DNA from: Endomicrobiia bacterium
GTDB lineage: Bacteria; Elusimicrobiota; Endomicrobiia; DTEH01
NCBI GenBank assembly: GCA_039630545.1
Contig: JBCNUU010000001.1
Location: 96,001-160,000, forward strand
Length of the DNA stretch: 64,000 nucleotides
Direction: 5' to 3'
This document shows positions 26,249 through 35,444 of this stretch, piece after piece. A program made the translations under genes and the position numbers. Below the pieces are notes generated by a model that was given only the letters and a program-made list of their open reading frames with translations, was not told the DNA's origin and made no database searches. Each line of letters opens with the position of its first letter. Within the stretch, counting starts at the first letter, position 1.

Positions 26249-29200
26249 ATGAAAAGTAAAATATTAGTTTTTATAAATACAGTTTTATTTGCTTTTTTTT
26301 GTTCTGGTTATTCTAAAGATTGGTATGTGCTGGAAGATTTTGAAGGTGTAAACTACTGGTCAATAGTAAGCTGGAAAACAGCTACTAAAGCTGTAAGTAT
26401 TTCAAAAGAAATTTTCTCTGAAGGAGAAAAGGCACTTAAAGTTGATTTTGAAAATTCCGATTGGTCTGAAAAAGCACAGGTTATGATAGAGCAGTTTTTT
26501 GATTTCTCAGGAGTAGAAAAAATTTCCATGGATATTTATAATCCAAATAAAGAAACACTTCTTACTACAATGGCTTTATGTACCGGTGATAAATGGGAGT
26601 GGTATGAATCACCTGAACAAAGGTTAGTTTCTGGATGGAATAAAGAAGTCACTTTTAATTTGCGTTCTCCTAACTGGAAAGCAGAAAGAAGCGGATGGAG
26701 AAACATAATTAAAGTTGAGAACCTCAAAGATGTAAGAAGAATTACTTTAACTTTTGTTGGTGGAAGAGGTCCTGTATATATAGATAATATTAAAGTTTAT
26801 GGGGAAAAGAAAATTGATAAAATTTCACCCACAATAAAACAGATAGGTGATAAGATATTGTTTGAATCGTTTGAAGAAGATAAGACACAATGGAGTATAG
26901 CAGGATGGCGCACTCAAGCAGTGGAAGTAAAATTTAACGAAAAATGGGCTACCGATGGTAAAAAAAGTTTAGAACTTATTTTTGAAGATGTTACTGACTC
27001 TAACAAAGCATCCTACTGTATAGAGGGAGACTTCAATTGGGAGAAAGTCAACAGATTTTATATAGATGTGTTTAATCCTCTTAAAAAAAACATAAAAATA
27101 AACTTAGCTCTTTCCACAGGTGGTGGTTGGATATGGTATGAATCTCCTGACAAAGTGTTAACTCCAGGAGAAAATAAAGATATAGAATTTGACCTCAATG
27201 CGAAAAATTTTAAATGTGAAGCAACAAATTGGACTTACTCAAGTTATGTAAAACATAAGGAGAAAGTAAAAAGAATAGCAATACAGGTTATCGCGCCTCA
27301 GGGAGAGACACTTAGTGGCTCAGTAAGTATTGACAACTTAAGAATCACAGAAGGAGAACCTTTAGTGATACCTGTAGAAATAAAACCACCTAAATATCCT
27401 GAGGTAGTAAATCCTTCCAGATACAGTATACCCAAAATCAAATCGATTACTTCAAATTTAGAAATGGTGGGTCAATATGAAAAGTTTGAACTTACATTAG
27501 AAATTGATTCTTATTTTGAAAATCCATATAATCCTAATGAAGTGCTATTAACTGGGATTTTTATTTCTCCGGATGGAAAAACATATAGAGTTCCTGGATT
27601 TTATTACGAAGATTTTAGAGAAGAAACTGGTCTTTTAAAACCAACTGGTAAGAAGTACTGGAAGATTCGTTTTTCACCGAATAAAATTGGTAGCTGGGAC
27701 TATTATGTGGAATTTAAAAATCCAGCAGGAAAAATTGAAAGTAAAAGACAAAGTTTTGAGTGCGTAAGTTCAAGAAATAAAGGAATAATCGTAGTTTCTG
27801 AAAGTAAAAATTACTTTAAATTTATCACTGGAGGAACATATTTCCCTTTAGGACAGAATGTTTGCTGGGTGACAGCTTCTGATAATTGGAAATACTCTGA
27901 TTATTTGAGAAAACTTTCGGAAACAGGCCAGAACTGGACTAGACTATGGAACTGTCCGTGGGGTTTTATAATAGAATGGGGAGAACCAAGAGGACAGGGG
28001 CTTGGAAGATATAATCAAAAAGATAGTTTTGAGTTTGACAGAATAATAGAACTTGCAGAAAAATTAGGAATTTATATCCAGTTTTGTTTGGATTATCATG
28101 GAGCTTTTGATGAAGAAATAACATGGGAGCAAAATGCTTATAACTTTGTAAATGGAGGACCATGTAAAAAACCAATTGATTTCTTTAAAGATGAAACAGC
28201 AAAAGAGTATTATAAAAGGAGGTTAAGATATGTAGTAGCAAGATGGGGATATAGCTGTGCTATCATGGCGTGGGAATTTTTAAATGAAGCAGACCTAATT
28301 TCTGATTATGATGAAAATATATTAAGAGAATGGCACAAAGAGATGGCTACATACCTTAAAGAAATAGATTACAATGGCCATTTAATTACGACTTCTTTTG
28401 CAAGAGCTTTTGCCGGAGATACTATTTTTAAACTTCCTGAAATAAGCTATACACAAACACATATGTATACAGATGAGGTAATAAATGGAATCTATAGTAT
28501 CGCCATAGAAAAAAGAAACAGATACAAAAAACCTCATTTCTTTGGTGAAATAGGAGGAGCAATTACAGATGCCTCAGTTGAAGCAAAAGATAAAAAAGGT
28601 ATACTTCTGCATGATACTCTCTGGGCTTCTGTGATGAGTTTAAACTCAGGTACAGCTATGTACTGGTGGTGGGACGGTCATATAAAACCAAATAATCTTT
28701 ATTATCATTATGCTGCTGTTTCAAAGTTTTTAAAAGGTATAGATTACGATTCTAAAAACTTCTCTTTAGTAGAAGCAGAATCTATTGGAGAAGCCGACTA
28801 TACAGATTTAGTTTATTCTCCGCCATTAGATTGGGAAAAATCAATTATGTTTTCTGATATGCTTTTAATAGATAAAAGCGGTTTAGTTAAAGGGGGACTT
28901 TTATCAAGATATTTCCAGAGTCCTAAATGGCACAAAGATATGTATGTGGTTCCAACTTTTAGTGTGGAGTATCCTACAGATGGAAGTTTTTCTATTTATG
29001 TTCTTCAGTCAGCAAAAATAGGTGCTAATTTGAAAATCTATATTGATGATAAACTTATGCTTTCAGAAGAATTTCCTAAAGGAAGAAGTGATTTTAAAAT
29101 ACAAAAATCATTTTCAGTACCAGTTTCAAAAGGAAAACATATAATAAAGATAATAAATGACGGAGATGACTGGTTTAATGTTGGAAATCTTACATTTACA

Positions 29201-29500
29201 AATCTTATAAACAAATGTCAGGTAGTTGGTATAAAATCAGCTTCTGGAGATTTTATCCTTTTGTGGCTTAAAAATCCAAGATATAATGTAAAAAACTATC
29301 TTTCAGGGATTCAGCCTCCAAAAGTAAAAAATGCTAGAATCCAAATAAAAGATGTAAATGACGGAGATTATAATGTAGAGTTCTGGGATACATGGAATGG
29401 GAATATAGTTTCAAAGAAAAATTTTACAGCAACAAATAAAACATTAGTTATTCTTGTGCCGGAGTTTGACAGCGATATAGCATGTAAAATTTATAAATAA
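26249..29500 (+). CDS. Multidomain glycoside hydrolase: 2 CBM-like domains + DUF5060 + GH5-like domain
   Basis: Two homologous N-terminal domains (FE...W...SL...TGxxWxWYES...IDN), NPYNP...WKIRFSP, RYVVARWGYS, WEFLNE, HMY, GEIGG; signal peptide; no CTD. Confidence 0.78.
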   Translation: MKSKILVFINTVLFAFFCSGYSKDWYVLEDFEGVNYWSIVSWKTATKAVSISKEIFSEGEKALKVDFENSDWSEKAQVMIEQFFDFSGVEKISMDIYNPNKETLLTTMALCTGDKWEWYESPEQRLVSGWNKEVTFNLRSPNWKAERSGWRNIIKVENLKDVRRITLTFVGGRGPVYIDNIKVYGEKKIDKISPTIKQIGDKILFESFEEDKTQWSIAGWRTQAVEVKFNEKWATDGKKSLELIFEDVTDSNKASYCIEGDFNWEKVNRFYIDVFNPLKKNIKINLALSTGGGWIWYESPDKVLTPGENKDIEFDLNAKNFKCEATNWTYSSYVKHKEKVKRIAIQVIAPQGETLSGSVSIDNLRITEGEPLVIPVEIKPPKYPEVVNPSRYSIPKIKSITSNLEMVGQYEKFELTLEIDSYFENPYNPNEVLLTGIFISPDGKTYRVPGFYYEDFREETGLLKPTGKKYWKIRFSPNKIGSWDYYVEFKNPAGKIESKRQSFECVSSRNKGIIVVSESKNYFKFITGGTYFPLGQNVCWVTASDNWKYSDYLRKLSETGQNWTRLWNCPWGFIIEWGEPRGQGLGRYNQKDSFEFDRIIELAEKLGIYIQFCLDYHGAFDEEITWEQNAYNFVNGGPCKKPIDFFKDETAKEYYKRRLRYVVARWGYSCAIMAWEFLNEADLISDYDENILREWHKEMATYLKEIDYNGHLITTSFARAFAGDTIFKLPEISYTQTHMYTDEVINGIYSIAIEKRNRYKKPHFFGEIGGAITDASVEAKDKKGILLHDTLWASVMSLNSGTAMYWWWDGHIKPNNLYYHYAAVSKFLKGIDYDSKNFSLVEAESIGEADYTDLVYSPPLDWEKSIMFSDMLLIDKSGLVKGGLLSRYFQSPKWHKDMYVVPTFSVEYPTDGSFSIYVLQSAKIGANLKIYIDDKLMLSEEFPKGRSDFKIQKSFSVPVSKGKHIIKIINDGDDWFNVGNLTFTNLINKCQVVGIKSASGDFILLWLKNPRYNVKNYLSGIQPPKVKNARIQIKDVNDGDYNVEFWDTWNGNIVSKKNFTATNKTLVILVPEFDSDIACKIYK

Positions 29501-29525
29501 AACTTTAAAAAAGGAGGATAAAAAA

Positions 29526-31136
29526 ATGGACGTAACCAAAAAAATAATAAGTGTAATAGTTATATTGGTAAGTGTAACAAGCATAATGTATGCCCCTATA
29601 AGGTCTTTTGAATTTATAGGTGAAGTAAGAGCTTGGTGGTCACGTACAAACAACGCCTGGGATAAAACAGAAACTATTCTTCGTCCAGATGGTTCTGCGG
29701 AATTTGATGATGTAAATGACTTTATGTTTTCTGATACAAAATTAGGAGTAAGAGGAAGTATCTTAAGAGATGTGTTTGGAGTAATAGAAGTTGAAAAAAG
29801 AGATACTTTATGGGCAACACATAATAATTCTTTTAACGCAGAGCATTATGGGACAATCGGGGGGTATCTTGGTGATCCTAATATTCAGAATCCTACAAAC
29901 TATACTGGTTATAAAATTACGAAATCCTATATAGTATGGGATAAAATTTATGATTTGTTTTCAGTTGTTGTTGGAAGACAGTTTATTTCAGGAACAGAGT
30001 ATCCTGATCCAGAAAGAATGGATTTAGTTTTGTGTATGACAATGGATGGCTTCAGAGCTGATATTTTTTCAGAATATGGGAAAATTATGCTATTTAAGGC
30101 GAAACTAAACGAATCTACTGCTCCTCTCTATGCTCCACACGGTGGATTAGCCTGGGAGACAAAATATGAAGACAAAGATTTTGATGCTCAGGGAGTTATG
30201 GTAAAATCAGCATCTTTACTTCCAGGACATAGATTAAAAATGTACCTTTTAAATTCCATAATAAATGATCCTGCAGAAACTAATCCTGTTGGAAAAATTT
30301 TTAGTCAATACGATTTAAGGAATATTTTAGGTTTTAGAGTAGATGGAGGACTATCTTTTGGTTTGGACTACGGAGTTGAATTTGCTTATCTTTTTGGAGA
30401 GAAGTATGTTACTACTTACAGAGCACTTGATCCTGTTACATTAAATTATGTAACTAAAGATTATTATGGTTTAGCTTCAAGAAAAGCTTTTGCTTTTCAT
30501 ATTATGGCACAATACAAACGTTCAATGGGTGCACCTATTATGGAGTCGCCTACATTGCTTAAAGTATACACTAATATCCTTGGAGGTTCAGGAGATGATT
30601 CAACCACACCTGATGATGAAGGATTTATTGGTCTAAATGACGATTGGTGGACAAGAGCAAGAGGTTATGATCATCAGGGTTATGGAGAAATTTATAAAGC
30701 TAATCCCTACCAGCATAATAGATTTACTTCAGGTGATAACCCGACAGAGGTATATGATGGAAGGTATGTAGAAAAAAGTATATGTTTATATCCAGCAAGG
30801 ATAATTAATTTAGGAGCAAGATATGAATTTAGTGAAGGAGGAAAACTTCAGGGACTATATGCCGGGTTTGATTTTTATCTTTATAACCACTTAAGTCCTG
30901 ATGGAGTTATAATAACAAACGAAGATAATCAAAAAGAGCAAACGGACGATTTAGGTAAAGAAATAAATCTCCAGATTGGTTATACCTATAAATACTCTAC
31001 TTCATTCAGGTTAGTTTTAGGATGGTTTTTCCCTGGCAGAGCTTACATAAACGGAAAAGATGCTCAGACGGGCGCTGTAATTGGTGCAGATCCTGTCTCT
31101 TTAATAAAATTAGAAACAGCTGTATACTTTTATTAA
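29526..31136 (+). CDS. Outer-membrane beta-barrel protein (alginate-export-like; putative oligosaccharide porin)
   Basis: Signal peptide, VGRQ, DG, DLGKEINL and FFPG patterns, terminal aromatic strand ETAVYFY. Confidence 0.6.
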   Translation: MDVTKKIISVIVILVSVTSIMYAPIRSFEFIGEVRAWWSRTNNAWDKTETILRPDGSAEFDDVNDFMFSDTKLGVRGSILRDVFGVIEVEKRDTLWATHNNSFNAEHYGTIGGYLGDPNIQNPTNYTGYKITKSYIVWDKIYDLFSVVVGRQFISGTEYPDPERMDLVLCMTMDGFRADIFSEYGKIMLFKAKLNESTAPLYAPHGGLAWETKYEDKDFDAQGVMVKSASLLPGHRLKMYLLNSIINDPAETNPVGKIFSQYDLRNILGFRVDGGLSFGLDYGVEFAYLFGEKYVTTYRALDPVTLNYVTKDYYGLASRKAFAFHIMAQYKRSMGAPIMESPTLLKVYTNILGGSGDDSTTPDDEGFIGLNDDWWTRARGYDHQGYGEIYKANPYQHNRFTSGDNPTEVYDGRYVEKSICLYPARIINLGARYEFSEGGKLQGLYAGFDFYLYNHLSPDGVIITNEDNQKEQTDDLGKEINLQIGYTYKYSTSFRLVLGWFFPGRAYINGKDAQTGAVIGADPVSLIKLETAVYFY

Positions 31137-31162
31137 AATTGTGTTGATTAAAGGAGGAGTTT

Positions 31163-32377
31163 ATGAAAAAACTATTTAGGCTGTTTTTTATTTTTCCATT
31201 GATATTGAGTTGTGCCAAAAAAGAACAAAAAAATGTTTTGACATTGTGGCATGTTGGTTCTGAAGAAGAAGCACAAATTATAAAAAATCTTGCTGATAAA
31301 TACTTCACACCAGAAAGTGGTATTTCTGTTGTGTGTGAGTCTGTTTCCTGGTCTGAAGCACATACAAAATATCTTACTGCCATAGCAGGAGAAGTTTTGC
31401 CTGATTTAGGAACCATGGGTTTAACCTGGGCTTCTGAATTCGGGTATAAAGGAGCAATGGTAGAACTATATGAGAGATTTCCTGCTGATGTAGAAACTCT
31501 AAAGAAAAACATATTTAAATCTATCTGGGAGTCTGCAGAACTAAAAGGTAAAGTTTATGGTATCCCTTTTGATTTAACAGTTCAACTTTTATACTATCGC
31601 TCTGATATAATTTCTAAGCCACCTCAGACATGGCAGCAGCTGACGGAAGTTTTAAAAAATCTTAATGCTCAAAATAAATCTATGATGATAGCCTGGGGTT
31701 CGCTTGATTGGATTGGTTTTTCTCCATTTTTGTGGCAGGCTGGTGGAGATTATTATAATAAGGAGGGAACAAAAAGTATAATAAACAGTGAAGAAGCAAA
31801 AACAGCTTTAAAGTTTTTTGCAGATTTATATAAAAAATATAATGTTCCACGTTCAGCAGAGAACTTCGGTGCAGGATTTCGATCAGGTGAGTATCCATTA
31901 GGAATGTGTGGTAACTGGTTAATAAATAGTTTTCCATATGAGATGCCAGAGCTTGAAGGAAAATGGTCTATAGGACTTCTGCCAAAAGGGCCTTCCGGAA
32001 AAAGAACTTCATTTATAGGAGGTAGAGTAATAGGGATATTTAAAACTTCAAAAAACATAGATAAAGCTTTTGAATTTATAAAGTTCTTATCAAAGCCACA
32101 GATACAGAAAGAAATATATATTGAAGTAGCCAAAACAAAAAATATATATTTACCACCTAATGTAAACATATGGAAAGATTTGCCCATAAAAGAAGAATTT
32201 AAAAAAGTTCTTTTTGAACAGATAAAAGAAGCAAAAGGTCCTCCTTCTGTTTTAGGCTGGGATGATAGCACAAAATATGTAGTTGAAGCTATTCAGAATG
32301 TGATAGTGGCGGATAAATCTGTAGAAGAAGAACTTAAAAAATGTGAAGAAAAATTAACTCAGCATATTATTAAATGA
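31163..32377 (+). CDS. Carbohydrate ABC transporter substrate-binding lipoprotein
   Basis: Lipobox ILSC; PDL, YGIPF and LYYRSD motifs of family 1 sugar SBPs. Confidence 0.92.
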   Translation: MKKLFRLFFIFPLILSCAKKEQKNVLTLWHVGSEEEAQIIKNLADKYFTPESGISVVCESVSWSEAHTKYLTAIAGEVLPDLGTMGLTWASEFGYKGAMVELYERFPADVETLKKNIFKSIWESAELKGKVYGIPFDLTVQLLYYRSDIISKPPQTWQQLTEVLKNLNAQNKSMMIAWGSLDWIGFSPFLWQAGGDYYNKEGTKSIINSEEAKTALKFFADLYKKYNVPRSAENFGAGFRSGEYPLGMCGNWLINSFPYEMPELEGKWSIGLLPKGPSGKRTSFIGGRVIGIFKTSKNIDKAFEFIKFLSKPQIQKEIYIEVAKTKNIYLPPNVNIWKDLPIKEEFKKVLFEQIKEAKGPPSVLGWDDSTKYVVEAIQNVIVADKSVEEELKKCEEKLTQHIIK

Positions 32378-33276
32378 AAAAAAGAAAAAAATTTAAAAAA
32401 CATTTAATATCTTATTTATTTATTTTACCTGCTTTTCTTATTCTTAGTATTTTCGTGTTTATTCCGGTGGTGGCTTCTTTCTTTTTAAGTTTTACAGAAT
32501 ATGATGGTATTTCTCCTCCAAAAGTTGTTGGACTTAAAAATTATGTTGATATACTTTTTCATGATAGATTATTCTGGAAAGCCGTGATTAACACTGTCTA
32601 CTATGTTATATTTACTGTACCAATAGGAATAGCCTGTTCTTTAGCTGTTGCTATGGCTTTATACCAAAAAATCAGATTCAGTGCTTTATTTAGAACTGGA
32701 TTTTTTCTGCCGACAGTTACTTCAGTTGCTGCTATTTCAGTTGTATGGAGATGGATATATTCTGGAGACAGATATGGTTTGTTAAACTATATATTGACTA
32801 AATTAGGAGTGCTTGCAGTGTTGCAAGACTGGCTTATGCAACCATCTACAACACTGCCTGCTATAATAGTAATGAGCATCTGGGGTGGTGTTGGATACAA
32901 TACAATTATACTTTTAGCTGGACTCCAGTCTATTCCTGATAGTGTTCTGGAAGCAGCTAAAATAGATGGAGCTACTCCCTGGGAAAGATTCTGGTATGTT
33001 ATACTACCAATGCTTAAACCTGTTATGCTTTTTTTAGTAATAATGTCTACTATTAACTCTTTTCAAGTATTTGAGCAGGTCTACATCATGGCTTCAACCA
33101 CAGAATATTTTGGTGGTGTTTTGTATTCTGCTTTAACGATTGTGCCCTATTTGTATGAAAGAGCATTCAAAAGGTTTTTGCTTGGTTATGCTTCTGCATT
33201 AGCATATCTTTTGTTTGCTATAATTTTTATGATAACACTAATATATATGAAAGTTTCAAAGTTTTATGAACAGTAA
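32374..33276 (+). CDS. Carbohydrate ABC transporter permease
   Basis: EAA loop LAGLQSIP..VLEAAKIDGA. Confidence 0.93.
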   Translation: MKKRKKFKKHLISYLFILPAFLILSIFVFIPVVASFFLSFTEYDGISPPKVVGLKNYVDILFHDRLFWKAVINTVYYVIFTVPIGIACSLAVAMALYQKIRFSALFRTGFFLPTVTSVAAISVVWRWIYSGDRYGLLNYILTKLGVLAVLQDWLMQPSTTLPAIIVMSIWGGVGYNTIILLAGLQSIPDSVLEAAKIDGATPWERFWYVILPMLKPVMLFLVIMSTINSFQVFEQVYIMASTTEYFGGVLYSALTIVPYLYERAFKRFLLGYASALAYLLFAIIFMITLIYMKVSKFYEQ

Positions 33277-34117
33277 AATTAAAAGAAAAATAAACTACAA
33301 AAAAATTTTTAACAAAACAACTTTATATCTTTTTTTATGTTTTGGGTTTATAGTTATGGTTTTTCCGTTTTTTTGGATGTTAATAAGTTCAATAAAACCC
33401 AGAGAAGAACTTTTAGCATATCCTCCTAAATTTTACACTTTAAAACCGACCCTTGAATACTACAAGCAACTTTTTACACTTGTGCCTATGTTCAGGTACT
33501 TGCTTAACAGTATAATAGTGGCAGTAGCAGTGACTGTTACCAACTTGTTTTTGTCATCTTTAGCAGGATATGCTTTTGCAAAACATAAGTTTTATGGAAA
33601 TAAGTTACTTTTTACGATTATATTAGGTTCAATGATGGTTCCCTGGCAGGTAAATATAATACCGAGTTTTATTATAGTAAAAAAATTAGGATGGCTAAAC
33701 TCATTCTACGGACTTATAATTCCTGCTATGGTAAATGCCTTTGGAATATTTTTTATGCGTCAAATAATTTCTACAATACCTGACGAGTTGATAGACGCAG
33801 CTCATATTGATGGTTGTAGTGAATTTTATATATTCTGGAAAATAATTTTGCCGCTATCTAAAAGTGGACTTGCAACTTTAGCGATATTCACCTTTATGAG
33901 CCAGTGGAACAATTTTGTTTGGCCATTAATAATAATTCATAAAAGTGAAATGCGCACAGTTCCTTTAAGCTTAGCAGTATTAAATTCTCAATTTGGTAAC
34001 AACTTTGGGCTTTTAATGGCTGGCTCTACTGTTGCTATAGTTCCTATGCTTTTAGCTTTTATATTTTTGCAAAGGTATTTTGTAAAAGGAATAGTTTTTA
34101 CAGGTTTAAAAGAATAA
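33266..34117 (+). CDS. Carbohydrate ABC transporter permease
   Basis: IPDELIDAAHIDG and WNNFVWPL motifs. Confidence 0.93.
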   Translation: MNSKIKRKINYKKIFNKTTLYLFLCFGFIVMVFPFFWMLISSIKPREELLAYPPKFYTLKPTLEYYKQLFTLVPMFRYLLNSIIVAVAVTVTNLFLSSLAGYAFAKHKFYGNKLLFTIILGSMMVPWQVNIIPSFIIVKKLGWLNSFYGLIIPAMVNAFGIFFMRQIISTIPDELIDAAHIDGCSEFYIFWKIILPLSKSGLATLAIFTFMSQWNNFVWPLIIIHKSEMRTVPLSLAVLNSQFGNNFGLLMAGSTVAIVPMLLAFIFLQRYFVKGIVFTGLKE

Positions 34118-34145
34118 ATTTTAAAAAAGAAAGGAGAATAAAAAT

Positions 34146-35072
34146 ATGGCAAACGAAGTTGTATTTAAAAGATATCCTAACAATCCAATAGTCACTGCAA
34201 AAAATGTGCCAAGAGCCAATAGTATACATAACAGTGCAATTGTAAAATATAAAAATGAGTTTAGAGGTATTTTTAGAGTGGATGAGATCGATATGAGATA
34301 CACACTACATTTAGGAAAAAGTAAAGATGGTATCTCGTGGGATATTGAACCCGAACCGATAAAAATGAAAAGTTCAGATCCTGAAGTTTATGTAACAAAT
34401 CAAAGTTATGATCCAAGAATTACTCAGATTGAAGATACTTATTATATTGTTTGGTGTAACTCTTCTAAACAAGGGCCTGCTTTGGGTTTAGCATACACTA
34501 AAAATTTTGAAGAGTTTATTCAATTAGAAAATCCCATGCCTCCGTGTAATAGAAACGGTGTTTTATTTCCTAAAAAAATAAAAGGTAAATATGCTCTCCT
34601 ATATAGACCTTCTGACAGAGGACACACTCCATTTGGAGATATTTTTTATGCAGAAAGTCCTGATCTTATTCACTGGGGTCACCACAGGTTTGTAATGGGG
34701 CCAATAGATGTGGTATGGCAGAGTCTAAAGGTAGGAGCAGGTCCTGCTCCTATAGAAACAAAAGATGGATGGCTTTTGATTTATCATGGATGCTGGCAGA
34801 GTTGTAACGGTTATCTTTATTACATGGGAGCGGCACTATTAGATTTAGATAAGCCTTGGAAAGTTATTTATAGAACAAAAGATTATCTTTTAGCACCAAC
34901 TGAGTGGTATGAAAGAGTTGGAGATGTGCCTAATGTAGTTTTTCCGTCAGCTGCTGTTCTTTTTGAAGATGGGACTTTAAGAGTTTATTATGGTTGTGCT
35001 GATACATGTGTTTCAATGGCTGAAGCTAAGTTGAGCGATGTTATTGATTTTGTAAAAACACACAGTATTTAA
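34146..35072 (+). CDS. GH130 beta-1,4-mannooligosaccharide phosphorylase-like
   Basis: RYPNNPI, NSA, YDPRIT, NRNGVLFP, RPSDRGHTPFGDIF, GDVPNVVFP and YYGCADT. Confidence 0.92.
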   Translation: MANEVVFKRYPNNPIVTAKNVPRANSIHNSAIVKYKNEFRGIFRVDEIDMRYTLHLGKSKDGISWDIEPEPIKMKSSDPEVYVTNQSYDPRITQIEDTYYIVWCNSSKQGPALGLAYTKNFEEFIQLENPMPPCNRNGVLFPKKIKGKYALLYRPSDRGHTPFGDIFYAESPDLIHWGHHRFVMGPIDVVWQSLKVGAGPAPIETKDGWLLIYHGCWQSCNGYLYYMGAALLDLDKPWKVIYRTKDYLLAPTEWYERVGDVPNVVFPSAAVLFEDGTLRVYYGCADTCVSMAEAKLSDVIDFVKTHSI

Positions 35073-35088
35073 TAAGAAGGAGAAAAAA

Positions 35089-35415
35089 ATGAGAGTAGTA
35101 GAAAAACCATGGGGTAAAGAGATATGGTTTGCCTTAACAAAAAAATATGTTGGTAAAATCATAATAGTAAAAAAAGGCCACAGAATGAGTAAACAATACC
35201 ACAGACTAAAAGATGAAACGCACTACTGTGATAAAGGAAAATATATAATGGAGCTAGGTAGGAAAACTATAACTGTAAAGGAAGGAGACGCTATAAGAAT
35301 AAAACCTAAAACAGTACACAGAATTTATGCAAAATATTGTGATGTAAAAATAATAGAAGTTTCTACTCCTCATCTTAAAGATAGAGTAAGAATTGAAGAT
35401 GACTATGGCCGTTAA
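35089..35415 (+). CDS. Stand-alone cupin, type II mannose-6-phosphate isomerase-like
   Basis: KPWG, SKQYH..KDE, VHRI and IIEVS...RIED; parallels the ManC C-terminal domain in this window. Confidence 0.7.
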   Translation: MRVVEKPWGKEIWFALTKKYVGKIIIVKKGHRMSKQYHRLKDETHYCDKGKYIMELGRKTITVKEGDAIRIKPKTVHRIYAKYCDVKIIEVSTPHLKDRVRIEDDYGR

Positions 35416-35444
35416 CCAAAAATTGAATTTTTTAAAAGAGGTAA

